Position numbers and translations under genes: made by a program. A DNA stretch of 64,000 nt from Rebecca billardiae RCC1528 (Eukaryota; Protista; Haptophyta), in the NCBI GenBank assembly GCA_965240325.2, contig OZ251229.1, forward strand, positions 434,001 to 498,000, written 5' to 3'. Below, piece by piece: positions 61,586-64,000 of this stretch (position 1 is its first letter; each line of letters opens with the position of its first letter). The notes beneath the pieces are model-generated. The model was not told the origin of the DNA. It saw only the letters and a list, made by a program, of their open reading frames with translations, and did not search any database.

Positions 61586-61619
<34 letters not shown>

Positions 61620-61869
61620 AGCGCTCTCTTGCACCGAGTACCGGCTTAATACCGACTAAACCGAGTAACAGTGAACTCGTGCTGGCCCGGCTACGGTTGC
61701 TGTATTAAATGTCTGCTATAACTAATATATATTATGCTGCTGATCTAAGTATTATACGACTAGTCTCGGTCTGATGAGTAGTCAAGTGACGAATATATTC
61801 GTCTTGACATACTGATCATCATGATGAATCCGCAGAACTTCAATGATCATCAACGACAACGACCATATA

Positions 61870-62635
61870 TCGTCCGGTGGATTTGCATTTGGCACACCTG
61901 GCTGTCTCCCAGAGCACTCCTTCTTGGCCGCCGCGACCGAGCGCGCAGGTAGATACGGATACGGGATACGGCGCTCAAACGGTTTAGTTGCCAGTGTTCG
62001 TGCTTATTATATTCTTCTAAGCTCGCCTAGGTGACGCGGCAAAAGAATCCCGAGCTTGCTACGGTCTGTGGTTCGTGAGATATAACCTCCGCCATCTCAC
62101 AGTGAAACCACTGGGGAACAGTCAACAGGGCCCAAAAATCACATGGGCACCACGTTTTCGGCCATATAACTACCGCGGCTGCCGCTTGCCGGAGCTACTC
62201 GCCGCTAGGTCGGCGGGCGGCGACATCGACTACGACCTCACCCTCATCCAAGTGCTCCGGAAGGCGCTCGGCAGCGGCGGCATCGCCATCTGCCGTCGCC
62301 GCCGCGTGCCCCAGGCCGAGGCGGTGCTCCACCCCGGCCCGCCGCTCCCGTAGGGGGGCAGGGCTGCGGGTGGCGCACTGTCTGACCTGGAAGGAAGGCG
62401 CGGACGCATTCTATGTGTCGTCTGTTGCACTCTGAGCCTGACGCTTGTCCGATGCTGCCACGCCGTTAAATATAACTACCGAACGGGAGCAGATTATCGA
62501 GACGCGCGGTTTGTTTCCCGCAGAGCTCTAAGCTCAGCTTAGGTCTTCGCTCGACCACCGCGAACCGCGTTGCCGAGGTTACATGGGCAGCGGCAGCGCG
62601 GACAAAAAGGTGCCAAATGCAAATCCACCGGACGA
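61870..62635. mobile_element. MITE family B (26-bp perfect TIR, TA target duplication)
   Basis: TCGTCCGGTGGATTTGCATTTGGCAC at 61870-61895 and its exact reverse complement at 62610-62635, each flanked by TA. Confidence 0.85.
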
Positions 62636-62643
62636 TAGGCTCC

Positions 62644-63432
62644 TCAGACAGCGATCAGATCGAACTTTGTGCCCACCTTGTCCACGATCGCGCGGTTGAC
62701 AACGGTGAAGTAGGAGTTCCACGAGTCCGCACCAAGGCTCCACGCCGCGCGCGCCGCGTCCGCATCGGCCGCGGCCGCAGCTCGTGCGAGCTCCTTCAAC
62801 GAATACCCGGCCTCGTTCACGTAGAAGCGCGCCAGCAGCGCGTCTCGCTGCGAGGCCGAGTTCTCCGAGATGAGGAGCGCGTTGCCCATCAGGATGCACT
62901 TGATCAGTGCCGCGGCGATGGGCGAGGGGCGCTGCTTGCCCTCGGCCACGGTGCCCGATACGGCGGCACTGACGGTCTCCCACGAGCCCTGCTCGATGGC
63001 CTTGCGCAGCGCCGCAAACTGCTCGCTGCCCACCTTGACGTCGTCAGCGTACTTGCTGTACCCGTTGTAGCGCTGCTGGAGCGGCACGTACGTGCACGCA
63101 TTGTCGACGCAGCTGCCCCACGCGTTGTACGCCGGCTCCTTTGCATTTGCGAGCTCCTTGATGTCGAGCTTGCGCGGTGGGACCACGGCGTAATCGTAGT
63201 AGAAGTCCTTCTGGATGAGTGCGCCCTTGTTGGTGCCGCGGTCACGATCAAAGAGCGCGTCCTTGGCGCCGCATGCGTCTGGCAGGAAGGCCGAGGCCAC
63301 TGCACCGCCCACGGCGAGCACCGCGCCCCGGCGGCCGATCTGCGGCGCCAGCGCCGCGCCGGTCGACGCACCTGATGGCGCGGCCGGCGCGACCGTGCCG
63401 AATGTGACGCAGAGCGCGATTGCCGCCGCCAT
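62644..63432 (-). CDS. Nuclear-encoded plastid thylakoid-lumen protein (twin-arginine signal, predicted helical, possibly PsbQ-like fold)
   Basis: Hydrophobic N-terminus and Ala/Pro/Ser transit region, IGRRGAVLAVGGAVASAFLPDACGA Tat-type signal, then a compositionally normal helical domain; intronless. Confidence 0.75.
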   Translation of the reverse strand: MAAAIALCVTFGTVAPAAPSGASTGAALAPQIGRRGAVLAVGGAVASAFLPDACGAKDALFDRDRGTNKGALIQKDFYYDYAVVPPRKLDIKELANAKEPAYNAWGSCVDNACTYVPLQQRYNGYSKYADDVKVGSEQFAALRKAIEQGSWETVSAAVSGTVAEGKQRPSPIAAALIKCILMGNALLISENSASQRDALLARFYVNEAGYSLKELARAAAAADADAARAAWSLGADSWNSYFTVVNRAIVDKVGTKFDLIAV

Positions 63433-64000
63433 GATGATCTGATTACGACCTGTACGTACGATACAGTTTATTTGTTTTAACGTGCGTAAGGCTCACGGTG
63501 GCAGGTTGCCGCGCCATCCTTCATCGCACGCTCTCCGACGAGAGACCTGGAAACTGGTTTTGAACTACCCATGACCTCAGACGCAAGAGCACGCCAGTAC
63601 AGTTTACTATGTTTTAACGTGCACACTTGGTTAAGGCGTGATTGACGCCATCCAACACTGCACAAAGACACCGCCACAGTACGCAATAGGGAGTCCCCTC
63701 CCGCCGTCCGTGGTCCGTTGACTGACTCGGTCTTCCAACTCCAAGACAAGAGTAATACTGTCAGCTAACTTCGTAACTAGTAACTGTTGACCAATCTTGT
63801 GTCAATGATGGTGTCATCCGGTCTATCGGCGGCACGATTGAGCCCGCCACGCGCACACAATTCACGACTACGAGTCACGGACGCGGTACTGACTGCGGAG
63901 CTCGCGCATCAGCGAAGCGTGTGCGACCGCGCGAGCCGTCCGTGACGTCCGTCACAAGTAGTCGTGTACTCTCACCCATCGGAATTCGGACCCAATGCTC

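Overview
Eukaryotic, very GC-rich, gene-dense genomic DNA. It has short spliceosomal introns (GTGCGC donors, CGCAG acceptors, GC-tract bodies) and a gene for a twin-arginine thylakoid-lumen protein, so the source is an alga. A haptophyte such as a Pavlovales/Diacronema-type genome is my inference. About 20 protein-coding loci can be supported: SEC31 (apparently missing its last exon and joined to an unrelated start-less ORF), TRAPPC11, a TKL-type kinase, a coiled-coil protein, a membrane metzincin, an ING-N/SGF29 Tudor protein, a head-to-head pair of SLIP-GC/NUGGC-like dynamin-family GTPases, a CCZ1/HPS4/INTU-type longin protein, CDC7, a GT8-like glycosyltransferase, a hypothetical membrane protein, a multi-pass membrane TIR-like protein, four tandem membrane-anchored subtilases plus a relic of a fifth, a Cys-rich hevein-like repeat protein and a lumenal protein. 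Two families of TA-flanked MITEs and long (TA)n and (CA)n microsatellites are also present. The most interesting observations are (1) a matrixin-like zinc protease whose catalytic domain is split by a TM-EF-hand-TM hairpin, a candidate Ca2+-gated inside-out protease, (2) the divergently transcribed, asymmetric SAM-bearing GTPase pair with FHA and SUMO-type motifs, (3) the membrane TIR-like protein that keeps the catalytic Glu, (4) the mosaic subtilase array with variable numbers of C-terminal modules, and (5) non-coding divergence dominated by small insertions. All gene models and family assignments were made by eye, and no database searches were run.
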